Below are positions 24,639 to 36,429 of a stretch of 45,671 bases of DNA, piece by piece. Within the stretch, counting starts at the first letter, position 1. Every line of letters starts with the position of its first letter. The notes beneath the pieces were generated by a model. The model did no database searches. It had not been told where the DNA came from and saw only the letters and a list, made by a program, of their open reading frames with translations. The stretch is from Batkoa obscura (lineage: Eukaryota), in NCBI GenBank assembly GCA_030770535.1, contig JASVEC010000123.1, forward strand, positions 1 to 45,671, written 5' to 3'. The translations under genes were made by a program, and so were the position numbers.

Positions 24639-25409
24639 GTTAATAATTTTAATGAATATTAGTTGTTATAAAGATTATTTTTAACTGTTGAGTTTGATAA
24701 TTCTTTATTAACTCGATGAAGAGTATTTATACTTGAGGTTTGGTAAGGCTTTAGCGCATAATATTTGGTGAATTAAGGGGAGAGAATAAAATTGTTGGTT
24801 ACACCTTCGTTTCTTTAGGGGGAGGGGGTGACTTAATAATCTAAATTTCAAGTTGGTGTTTTGTAGGCAGATTTAGATTGAAATTTTGATAATTTAAATC
24901 TCTTTCTAGAACTCAACTTTATGAGTTAAATGCCCAATTTTTACATAACATACAAGCAATTAACGAATAGACTAATATGAACTTTTTAAAAATATGATAA
25001 TCTAGATATATAAAATAAAACTGTTTGATTCTAGAATAATGAATTAGATTTAATTCAAATATTTACCTTTTTAGCCTTTGAGGCCTTTAAAATTAATGCT
25101 TGATTTTAAAATTTATGGGAAATACAATATACAACCTGTTTAGCATGTTTTAAATTTCAGATGGTCTAACAGCCTTAATAAATTAACTAATTAGCTAAAT
25201 TAATTCCTAAAGATCTAACACAACAAACTTGAATAATTTCAAGGTGAGTTGCTAATATTGAAAGTGTATTCAATATTATAAATATAAATAGTTTATTTTT
25301 GTGCTGGTAAAAAAATCAATTTACATTGCAAAAAGGGAAAAAAATAAAGCAAAACATGAATCATTGTATCTTTTACTAGCTCCAAAAAAATAATGCATAA
25401 AACATAATA

Positions 25410-26404
25410 TTTGTTAAAACTTCTCTTTTACCATGTGTTTTGGTAGAAAACCAAATGTGTGTTCATATAAATTACTATTCCTGATAAACCACTTTTGATG
25501 ACTTCAAACTATCCGTTCTTATTATGTAAAACTCTTACTCTAACTAATTGCATCCATTTAGGATACATGTTCTCGATGTGATCTAAGGATAGAGGAATAG
25601 GTAACAAGCATGTCAATCGGTGTCTTTTGATTCGATAATATCTTTAGTGCTCGGATCTTTTTCAATGTATACATTTTCAATGATTGTTTTCGCTTTCAAT
25701 ACACTTATTTATCTAAGTTTGTTAATAGCTAACTTAATAAACTGGTTGAGTATGTCGGTAAAATAGCGCCTCAATCGAGTCTGATATTCGATTGTTATAC
25801 ATTTACTCATAACACAATATACATATGTATTTATTATACAGATCCTTGAAGTCACCTTACTCTTTTTTCCTTTCTAGCTGGATTTTTATTTATATGGATT
25901 GAAATATTAAACGTTGGCTCACTAATAACATGACTTTGGAATCAATAACTTTTAATATATCATTTGTAATGCTATTATCATAAAAATCTCTAACTCCGAA
26001 ATAGCCAAACCGTTGTTCTGAAGTGGTGGATCAGGGCATTTAAGAGAATAATTAAACTTATTTAGGCTTCTGACTATAATTTTATCCCTTGGTCTCACTT
26101 CCCTTTCATTTTTTATTCTTTCTTTTATCCCTCTTATTAGCGTATTAGAATCTTCATCAATGCAAGATTGTATAAACTTTCTCTGAACTTCTGGTAAAAT
26201 TACTTTAGTAGCTTCTCTTGGTCCAACTTTTGGTTTTCTTCTATAATCCTCGCCATCTATATATTTCTTTACAATAGACTGAACTATCCTTGCATTGAGA
26301 GCTAAAATTCTAGCAATGCTTGTCGCATTAGATCCGTTGACATACGCATCAATGATCCTTTCTCCTTCTTCATTAGTTATAGGCTTGCTTCTCTTTTTGA
26401 GCAT
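25410..26404 (-). pseudogene. IS630/Tc1-derived gene copy A (HTH half intact, DDE half degraded)
   Basis: ORF 25952-26404 aligns with the N-terminus of 31258-32307. Downstream remnants read ISEPTFNI, WMQLV and KREVLTN. Confidence 0.75.
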
Positions 26405-26549
26405 GTATAATTTTTGTAAAAAGGTAATAAAATAACGCCGAAAATTTAATTTTTATACATTTATAACCTAAAAGTGTATTAAGTTTTGGTAAATTATTGC
26501 CAATGAAATGGAATGAATTCACTACTTGTCAGTAAACCAGAGTACATAT

Positions 26550-26648
26550 GGGGTGTTTTTTTTAGTTTCATTACTTTTCTCTATTTTTTAAGCGCTATTT
26601 GAGTAGAAAAGCTATTAGTAAAATTCTTAAACAAAAAAATACATCCTC
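26550..26648 (-). mobile_element. MITE copy 12 (reverse orientation)
   Basis: GGGGTG...ACATCCTC; ATAT/ATAA flanks. Confidence 0.88.
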
Positions 26649-29534
26649 ATAACTTGATGGCATTGATAAAAAAATTTGATTTGATAAAATCTAGTTAATT
26701 TATATCATTACAATTGTTGCAACTCTAGTGGCTTTTTTAGTAGCAATTTTTATGATTAAATTATTTTTGTATCATTCTTTCAAAGCCCAATCCTTATATC
26801 TATGTTTTATTTTATTTTACTTCGTTCTATTTTATTTTGAATGAGTAATCAGTTTGTAAAGGATTTTATAGCTACAAAGGGGTTGTATTTTCAATTCCAA
26901 GATACAAAACAAAATATCAATTTGAGTTCGATATTCTGTATCTTTAAAATTAGTATACGAAATAATGTATATAATAGTTATTCATCAATCCCTTTAAAAT
27001 AGCAAAAAATTGAATAATGATCTTACTCAAATATCAGTGTGAGCTTGTATTTTTGCAACTTTTTGCATCCTATACTTAACAAACTCAAACTCAAAACATT
27101 ATCATAAATAGATATTCGGTATCTTTAAAATGGAAAGTCTACTCAAATGGATGGGAACAAACAATTAATATACATAGACCATAAGCAAATTATATGCAAT
27201 ATGAGTTAAACTTTCAACTGGTATCAAAATATGCTTTAATGCGAGATAGAAAAAGAAAGGGCGTTACTTTATCCAGTGTGTCAAGAGGAGACAAGGGTAG
27301 ATGTAAAAAAGGAATTGTAAATTGAAGTTAAAGTAGCAAAAGTTTTCATGATTTGATAAACTAAAAGTTGTCAAGTAAAAAACTAACCAGACTAAAACAA
27401 AAAACAGTGATAATGCAACTAAATACTTTGAGTAGAGTTAATATAAACATAAGTACTCTTAGATACTTTGTGTTCTGAAGAAATTCCCTGAGAAGTAGGT
27501 TTTATTGCACAAGTTTGAGCGAATATTGGCTGAATTGGGTACTACTAGTTAGAAATGTAAAACATATTTTACTATCTTTCATGAAGCAAAACATATGTTA
27601 GTTATACATTATGATGATGAATATATAGAATGAAAAAAAGTTAGTCAGAAACTACAATTAAAACTGAAGATGATAGTGATATAAAAATGATAGAGCATAA
27701 AAGAAAAGCATTCATTTTAATTAAAGTTGTTTTATGGCATTTTGAATAGCCTGGTTTCCTTGATTTTAATAAGTCGATCAAAGTAATACTACCAAAGAGA
27801 CTTTTGGCATATTGAGTTTCTTGTAGTTTGCTTTGGTTTGGACGTTTGAACTTCGTGAATTGGAAAACAGTGAATAAAAACTTAATTTATTTACATTAGT
27901 TTCAGCTTAAAATTATTGAATTACAAAAACTATTTTGAATAAAATTACATAAATCCGTCTCAATTATTAACAAATTGAAATTTTTTGTTTGATGACATAT
28001 AATAACTATTTTTGATGTTCAATAACTTAATAGTTTTGTTATAACTAGGTAGAAATCAAAACAGTCATTGATTTTTGTTATATAAGTTGTATTTCTTAAT
28101 TAATATGGAAAGCAATGCTTCAGTAGTCCTTGGTTGAATGTCTTTGAAGTAGCAATAGACAATGCAACAACTTACTTAAAATATCAATATGGACACAAAT
28201 TAAAATTTCAATTTATTTACTTAAATTAAATTCAAAACATTATTGTCAACAGATATAGAGATGATTTATATTAGGATATTTATTCAAGGGATAATGATAA
28301 TGATCAGATATCCTCATATTACTTGTTAAGTTATACGTAGCACATTAAACAGATTTTTAATTAGTGTTAAAGTTCCTTAGATGCTAAATGGTAAAATAGG
28401 GGCGTTACAATATCCTATGTCAAGAAGAGAACGCATAGACGTAGATAACAGGAAAGTGTAAAAGTTGAACTCAAGGTAGTAGAAAGAGGATCATTTTTTT
28501 GATTTGATATTTAGAAGTTCACAAGTTGGATTTAAGTAGATATATAATCTAGGTATTTGGAACGAAGTTGCTCTAAAGATGGATGCTATTAGATATTTTA
28601 TGTGCACAAAAAATATGCCGATGAATAAGTTTTTATTTTTATCTCAAAAGATTTAAAATTGGATCAAATTCTACTAGTTATAAATGCGAGAAATACATAT
28701 TGTGTGCAAGTCGTGAAATAAAATATGCTTCAGAAAATGTTATGATGAAACAGTATTTAGGGCTAAGGTGGGCTTGCTAGAAACATCAATCAAATACATG
28801 ACACTAGAAATTCGGAAGCGATAGTGTATACAAGAAAGTTGCTTTTTTATTTTATTAAAATCATTAACAAAATTTAGTCAAGTTTGCGTGATATTATATA
28901 TAGTCAATAAAAGGAACAGTACTTAAGAAGCTTATAGATTCACAGCATTTTAACTTGGAAGAGCCATTTTGAATAACATCTCACTGTGAGGGAAATAGGC
29001 GTAGGTAAAACTAATTCATTGATGGTAAGTTGTTGTGAAGCGAAAATATATCGGAGATAAAGGTTTTATTAAAGCTTTGTTAACTTTATAAGAAATAGGA
29101 AACATTGTTACATTAAACATCCTTTTTTTAAAAATCCTTATTTGTATTATTTATTAAACTGCCAAGAATTATATTTTGTAACCTTAGCTAGTTATTTTAT
29201 AGCTCCAGTATTTAATATGTATTATTGGTTATAATAATTAATGGTTCAAGCTGGATTATTCGAGTTCCTCCTAGTATTTTCTGCAAGGGAAGTAGTGTTT
29301 GATCCCACAGTAATATTGAATATGCCCTAACTTACTGAAAACCATGGACCACAAACTCCGTCGACTTCTGATGATTATCACACCATACCCTGGCTTGACC
29401 TAAGAAGAACTCGGTATAAATATTTTAGAATAGCACACCTTTTACTTATAGCAATATATTTTCTGACTTGAATTGTCAGGGAGTTATTTCTACTTTCAGA
29501 AACTGTAGTAAGTCTTTCATATAACTAACTATAT

Positions 29535-29632
29535 GGTGATGTATTTCTGTGTTTAAGAATTTTACTAACAAATTTTCCACTTAAATAGTGCTTAAAAAAT
29601 GGAAAAAGTAATGAAGTCAAGAAAACACCCTC
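29535..29632 (+). mobile_element. MITE copy 13
   Basis: GGTGATGT...ACACCCTC with ATAT on both sides. Confidence 0.88.
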
Positions 29633-29919
29633 ATATTATGCTAAACAATTAAAAAGAAGCTTCTAACGATATTTTGGTATCCCTGTGTAAATATTAAGTT
29701 ATTGAATTGAGTAATAGCTTAAAAACATGAATTATTATAGCGCTACACTGTTTATTATTTTGGTTTCGTGGTATGGTGCTCCTTGATTATATTACTCTGT
29801 AACAAAAATTACTAGAAAGCTTACTCAAAGGATAAATACAAATTAAAATAAAATTAATTCCACACAAAAAATGTTAGATATTTAAAATAGAAAATCAAAA
29901 TAGCTCAAATTGATGATTT

Positions 29920-30943
29920 ACTAACCAAGTATCGCTCCTTTTTTATAGACCTTAGTAGAAAGCCAAATATGTTTCCATGGAGATTGCTATAATAAGATTC
30001 TGAAGTCCCTAAAAAAAGCACCATCCATAACTTCAAAAAGTTTTTTCATTTTGTGGATCTTTTGCACAAATTAACTGTATCCATTTAGTATATATACAAC
30101 TAATAGGGTTTAGAAACGAAAAATCGAGTGGTAAAAAAAATCAGTATGTATCTATTTGATCTTATGAGTCCTCTTACATTTGGATATCTATCAACATATT
30201 CGTTATTCATTACAAACGTTGTATCTAATATATTTTTTGAGCTTGTTCAATCATTATCATTTCAATGAATTGGTAAAATGATTCAATGCCAAAAGAATCT
30301 ATTTGTGTTTTAAATTTAACTATACCATGTTTATTCATTGCGCAGCACAGTGGTATGTTGTTCATTCCGAATCTAGTGCGAAGAGACGGGAATTCTTTGC
30401 GAGTGATTTCTTTTTGTCTATACTTTGTACATGCTCCAAGGAAAAACGTTGCTTCATTCACAAAAAAAGCTTAGATTCATCAAATCTTCACATTTAATTC
30501 ATAAAGTAAATGATATGATAAGCTTGCGTTCCCAAAGTACCCAAATCATTTTTTGAGGAGTTAACTCATTATTTTGAGTGGCTGGATCAATATGCCTGGA
30601 AGACTAGTGAGACTTTTTTACATACATTTTTACAGTTATCTTGCTTGGGTTTATTCTCATTTCATTCATGCGTTTTTTCCTTATTCTATTTAATGAAATA
30701 GTACAGTCTTCATCAGGCCAAGGCTGAATTGTTTTTTTGGAAAACCGATATAAATTTATTTTTAGGCCTTCCTGGCACTGGTCTTTTAAGATAAGCTTTT
30801 CCTTCGTTATATCTTTGAATAACTCTACGAACAGCTTTCTCACTATATCCCATCATTTTAGCAATCTCTTTTACAATGTCTCTTCTAATGCAGGATTTGA
30901 TAATTCCTAATAAGAGCCAGTTTTTTTTAGTTGGAGATGACAT
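29920..30943 (-). pseudogene. IS630/Tc1-derived gene copy B (multiple frameshifts)
   Basis: Fragments MSSPTKK..., PGRPKNK, NEATF, GIVKFKTQ..F..ESFYQFIE, FLNPIS and WIQLI. Confidence 0.8.
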
Positions 30944-31257
30944 TTGAACTTATAAAAACAACCTTTTTAAAATTGAAAGAACAAATTATTTTTTGATAAT
31001 TAAGAATTTTAGTTTTTTATTTAAGCCTTGATTTAGATTTAAATTTTGTTTAAATAGAAAATAGTGAAAGGAAAAGAGTAGTTTCCATCATTGATTCAGT
31101 GTATAAAATTTATGTTACATTATTCTATAGTTTCAGTTACTGTTTTTTAAATAAATCACAAAAGAACTTTCATTCAATAAAGGATTAATATGACTCAAAT
31201 ATATACCAAGACTTGTAAACCAAATAAACATCAATACTATAAATGAAACTGTATTTG

Positions 31258-32307
31258 TTATTGACTAGATATTATTTCTTTTCTTGTACACCTGGGTAAA
31301 AAATGTAGCATAGTATTGTAAAAAGAATTACAATCATTACTGGTTATTTCCACCAAAGCACTATCCATAACTTCAAATAACTTCTTCTCATTCTGTGGAT
31401 CCTCTGCTCTTATCAATTGCATCCACTTAGTATATATAGACTCAACAGGATTTAAAAACGGGGAATTCGGTGGCAAACAAATTAATCTATGTCCATTTGA
31501 TCCAATAAGTCCTCTAATATTTGCATCTTTATCAACATAATCATTATCCACGAATATCATAGCATCCGTTATATTCTTATGAGCGAGTTGAGCGATGATC
31601 AATTCAATGAAACGATAAAATGATTCAGTATCAAAAAAACTTACTTGATTCTGATATTTAACTATACCATTTCTACTTATAGCACAATACATTGATATAT
31701 CTTTTAGACTGAATCCAGGACCAAGGGAAGTAAACTTTTTGTTTTTAATTTCTTCTTGTTTAAACTTTGAACGCATCATAACAGAAAAGGTTGCTACATT
31801 TATAAAGAAAAATTTAGAATCATCAAACCTTTGCATTTGATTCATAAAGAAATTGGCATAATAGGCTCGCGTTTCCAAAATTACCAAGTTATTGTCTTGG
31901 AGAACTATATCATTACTTTGAGTGATTGGATTAATACGCTTGAAAGAGAAATTAAATTCTTTCATATGCTTCGAGATAGTTGATTTGCCAGCACTTATTC
32001 CCATTTCATTCATAAGTTTCTCTTTTATTGTTTTTAATGCAATTTTACAATCTTCATCAACCCAAGATTGGATAATTTTTAAATGAGATTCTGATATAAC
32101 TTTATTTTTGGGCCTTCCTGTTCGTGGTTGTTTATAGAAATCTTTCCCTTCGGTATACTTTTTTATAATATCCATAACAGTCCTTTTATTGTAGCCCATT
32201 ACCCTAGCAATGTCAGGTGGATTGTTCCCATTGATGTACGATTTTACAATTCTTTCTCTATCAGCATTATCTGTACAGTTGTATTTCTTTCTAGTTGGAG
32301 ACGACAT
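31258..32307 (-). CDS. Intact 349-aa IS630/Tc1-mariner-derived protein (HTH plus RNase H fold), first catalytic Asp replaced by Asn (copy C)
   Basis: N-terminal HTH with GRP linker and a second HTH. FFINVATF sits where FIDExGF is canonical. VDN is followed 34 residues later by the E of LPPNSPFLNPVE. Confidence 0.88.
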   Translation of the reverse strand: MSSPTRKKYNCTDNADRERIVKSYINGNNPPDIARVMGYNKRTVMDIIKKYTEGKDFYKQPRTGRPKNKVISESHLKIIQSWVDEDCKIALKTIKEKLMNEMGISAGKSTISKHMKEFNFSFKRINPITQSNDIVLQDNNLVILETRAYYANFFMNQMQRFDDSKFFFINVATFSVMMRSKFKQEEIKNKKFTSLGPGFSLKDISMYCAISRNGIVKYQNQVSFFDTESFYRFIELIIAQLAHKNITDAMIFVDNDYVDKDANIRGLIGSNGHRLICLPPNSPFLNPVESIYTKWMQLIRAEDPQNEKKLFEVMDSALVEITSNDCNSFYNTMLHFLPRCTRKEIISSQ

Positions 32308-32635
32308 TTAAAATTAAGAAAAAAGAATAAGCTACTTTTTGTGCTTTAATCAATTTAGGTAATTTTTGTTGTCTAACATCAAAGATTTGAATAATTTTTA
32401 TTAAGTTTAAACTTGGTAAAAAATCATTAGTAAGTTATAATAAAAGAGTTACTTTCATTGTAAATTTAGTATTTAGTTTTTTATTATAATATTTTGTAGC
32501 TATAAAGTTGTTTATCTTATCTTCAAATTACTATAAAGTATTTAACTTATCGAAGAGTGGGCGACTTAGGAATAGATAAAAGCTTATAAGATGAAATAAA
32601 ATTGAAAAAATAGCAATGTAAAATCCTCATAAAAT

Positions 32636-33672
32636 CTATTAAATACCACTCCTTTTCTTATGCATCCAGATAAAAAGCGTAACATGGTATTGTAAAAAAA
32701 CGACAACTATTACTAGCTATTTCTGATACAAGGCTATCAACTACACAAAACATATAAAACATATCAAACAACTCCCTCTCATTCTTTGAATCTTTTTCTC
32801 TTATAAGTTATATCCATTTAAAACACATAAACTCAATAGGACTTAAAATACAGAGCTAGGTGGTAAGCAGATTAACCTCTGCCCATTTGCTTGAATGAGT
32901 CATCTGGTATCTGGATCTCTATCGATATAATCATTATTCATAGTTGTTGTAATTCTTGATACATTTGTTTGAGTAAGTTAAGTAATAATTGATTTAATAA
33001 AGTGATAAAAGGATTCAACATTGGGTGGATTTACTTGAGCCTTATATTTGGCTATTTCATTTTTAGCTATCCCATACCATAGTGATACGTTTTTTATACT
33101 GAACCCAGGACCAATAGGAGAACGTTTTTTGTTTCAATTCCCTTTTTTAAGTCTTTTATACATTTTAATCAAAAACGTCACTTTGTTTATAAAGGATATC
33201 TCAGATTCATCAAACCTTTGTACTTGATTGATATAGAAATTAGCATAATATGCTCAGGTTTCCAAAGTAACTAAATTATTTATTTGAGTAACTAGATTAA
33301 TACGCTTGAAAGAATAGTCAAACTCTTCTATATAGTTTGGTATAGTTGATATGTTTGCGTCCATCCCCATTTCATCCATGAATCTCTGCTTTATTGCTTT
33401 TAACAATATGCTACAGCCTTCATCAAACCAAAATTAGATAACCTTTTCATTAGAATTCGATATCTTTTTAATTTTATCGTTTATTGTCTGTGGTTTTTTA
33501 AATAATCTTTTCTATCAGTATACTTTTTTACTACATCATAAAGAGTAACTCCTTCGCGATCCATTAATTTAACAATTCGTCCTGCACTGTAATCATTGAT
33601 ATACGAGTTGACAATTCTTTTTCTTCCTTCACTACTTATAGAAGCATATTTCTTTCGAGTTAGAGATGACAT
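32636..33672 (-). pseudogene. IS630/Tc1-derived gene copy D (degraded)
   Basis: MSSLTRKKY N-terminus; downstream remnants SFKRIN, FINKVTF, GPGFS and LICLPPSS. Confidence 0.8.
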
Positions 33673-33991
33673 TTAAAACTATAAATAAAGGATAAATTTG
33701 ATTTTTGGACTAATAAATTTAAACTATATTTGTTGAGTAATTCAGCTAATAATTTTACAATTCGAACTTTTAAATTTAAGCTTATTATAAAATAATTAAT
33801 ATATTGAAATACAAAAATAACTTTCACTACTAATTTAGAGCTCTAATTTCATCTTGAAATACTTTGTAATTGTGTGTGTTCATCATACTCACAAATTATT
33901 ATGAGGCGCTTTGCTTACAGAAGGATAAGCGAGACAGGTATACATCAAATCTCGTGCCAGAAAACTAAAATAATGTAAAAGCTTAACGAAT

Positions 33992-34992
33992 TTATTGATC
34001 AAGTATCTCTTCTTTTTTCATACACCTTGGCAAATAACTAAGCATATGTTCGTAAAAATCCTTACAATCACTATCAGCTATTTGTGATAAAACTTTATTA
34101 ATAACCTTAATTAATTCATTCCCATTTTGTGGATCCTTTGCTCTGATTAATTCTTTCCATTTAATATACATAACTTCATTAGGATTTAAAAACGCAGATG
34201 CGGGCGGCAAACAAATTAAGCTATGTCCTTTTGACTCAATAAGTTCTTTGACTTTTAGATATTTTTCAATGCATGCATTATCCATAATAATTATTGCTTC
34301 TGACATGCTTGTTTTCTCTAATTTAGCAACAACTGACTCAATAAATTTATAGAATGATTCAGTATCAAAAATCATCATTCGAGTTTGATGTTCAATTAAC
34401 CCATTTATACTCATAGCAGAACACATTGATGCAATTGCTTTACGAAATCCTTTGCCAATAAAATCAGCTCTCTTTTTTGCAGATAATAAATTTTTATTTG
34501 TTGACATTGAAATACTAAACGTTGCTTCATTTATAAATAGAACCTTTGAGCCTATATACTTTGCTACATTTTTATAAAACTATCAGCATAAAGGGCACGA
34601 GCTTCCAAAGTAGTCAGCTCATTGTTTTGAGGAGGTAAATTAAGACGGTTAAAAGAGAAATTAAATGCTTTCATATAGGATTCTATACATGACAATGTTG
34701 CATCTATCCCCATTTCATCCTTCAATCTTGTTTTTATTGTTTTCAATTTAATGGTACAGTCTTTATCAATCCATGATTGCATAATTTTTCGTTGAGCATC
34801 CGATATAAATGTTCGTTGAGCTACATTTGCCTTTTTTTTAAAATCATTACCAGTTGTATACTTTTGTATAATACCAAAAACAGTAGCTCTGTTATAGCCC
34901 ATTACTTTGGCAATATTCGTTGCACTGGATCCATTGATATATGAACTAACAATTTTTTCTCGGTCTTCGTTAGTGATATTTTTATATTTCAT
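33992..34992 (-). CDS. IS630/Tc1-derived gene copy E, split by one frameshift in an A5 run (possibly intact)
   Basis: One extra A at 34569-34573 joins 34564-34992 to 33992-34507 through FIKNVAKYIGSKVLFINEATF. MDN...34 aa...E spacing is retained. Confidence 0.75.
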
Positions 34993-35320
34993 TGGAAATT
35001 TTAAATAATCTTAAATTTGAAAAATTCAATATTATTTTATCTTTTTTCAATTAAACCAATAAAAATCTCAAACGACTATTAAAAATCCCAATTATTTTAG
35101 CTCCTAATATGAATTTAAGATATTAGACAAAATAAGCAATAGGTTGAAATGAAGGGCCGTTTCGATCACGATTTAGTATTTGGTTTCGTATTTGACGCCT
35201 TTTAACTATTGTTGTTTATATTATAAATTTCTGTGAGGTATTTTACTCATCTCTTGATGAGTAATGTAGTATGCATAAAAATTTGAAAAAAAATCAACTG
35301 TAGAACTTAATTTGAGTCTG

Positions 35321-36429
35321 TTAATCGAGTAGCTCTTCTTTTTTCATACATCTTGCTAAACAACCAAGCATATGTTCATCAAAACCCTTATAATCACTAT
35401 CAATTATTTGTGATAAAGCGTTACCAAAAATTTTAAATAACTCATCCTCATTTTGTGAATTTTTTGTTCTGATCAATTGCACTAATTTGCTATACATAAT
35501 TTCAACAGGATTTAAAAATATAAAATTCAGTAGTGAACGAAATAAAACATGTCCATTGGGTTAACAAGTTCTCTAACTTTTGGATCTCTGTAAACATATT
35601 CGTTATTTATAATATTTATTGCTTCCGATTTTTTTTTTAAATTTGATAACAACGGATTTAATAAATTCATAAAACAATTCAATATCAAAAGTAAGCATTT
35701 GAGTTTGATACCAATTATTCCATTAATATCCATATCATAACCTAGATATGATTTTTTTACAAAGTCCTTTAGTAAGTGAGTCTGTCTTTTTACTTCTAGA
35801 TAATACTTTTATTCGTTTGATTATAATACTAAATGTAGTATCATTTATAAACAGAATCTTAGAATCGATAAATTTTAATATATGGGAGTGTGTTTTTTTT
35901 GATTTCATTACTTTTTCGATTTTTTAAGCGCCATTTAAGCGGAAAATTTGTTAGTAAAATTCTTAAACACAAAAATACATCCCCATGTTGTTAACAAAGT
36001 AATTAGCATAAAATGCTCTTGTCTTTAAAAGTAGTCAAATCATTATCATAAGATGGCACATTGATACGTTTTGAATTGAAATTAAAGATTTTAATGTAAG
36101 ATTCTATTTCTAATAAACTTCCATCTATATCCATTCCTTCCCTTAATCTTTTTTGTATGGCTTTCGATTTAGTAATACAATATTTATCAATCCAAGATTA
36201 AATAGCTTTTTGTTGAGAATCAGTTAAGAGTTGTTTTGTAATATCCTTTCGGCTTTCTTAAATAGTCTTTACGATCAAGATACTTTTCTATAATTCCTTG
36301 AACAGTACTAATAGCAAAGTCTAATATTTTGGAAACTTCGATGCCATTTGACTTATTGATATGTAAATCGATAATTCTTTCTCGATCTTTATTAATAATT
36401 TTTTGTATTTATTTATGTATCTTTTTCAT
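35321..36429 (-). pseudogene. IS630/Tc1-derived gene copy F, degraded and MITE-interrupted
   Basis: KDRERIIDLHIN N-terminus, DSKILFINDTTF, FLNPVEI and EELLD-stop; MITE at 35884-35984. Confidence 0.8.
35884..35984 (-). mobile_element. MITE copy 14, inserted in a transposase-derived pseudogene
   Basis: GGGAGTG...ACATCCCC; ATAT/ATGT flanks. Removing it plus one 4-bp duplicate restores FVNNILKFIDSK. Confidence 0.9.

Noticed and set aside
29100..29420. Fragment translating LFEFLLVFS...VVFDPT, reminiscent of the GPCR C-terminal FDPT
   Set aside because: The match is too short and there is no upstream collinear similarity.
6539..35984. Recurrent ~100-bp repeats as a CRISPR array or ncRNA family
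   Set aside because: They are dispersed in both orientations with terminal inverted ends and target duplications, lack regular spacers and cas genes, and sit in a eukaryotic context.
25410..36429. Fanzor/TnpB associated with the IS630-like genes
   Set aside because: No RuvC (D-E-D) or terminal zinc-finger motifs are seen in or between the units, and the ~320-bp spacers are too short.
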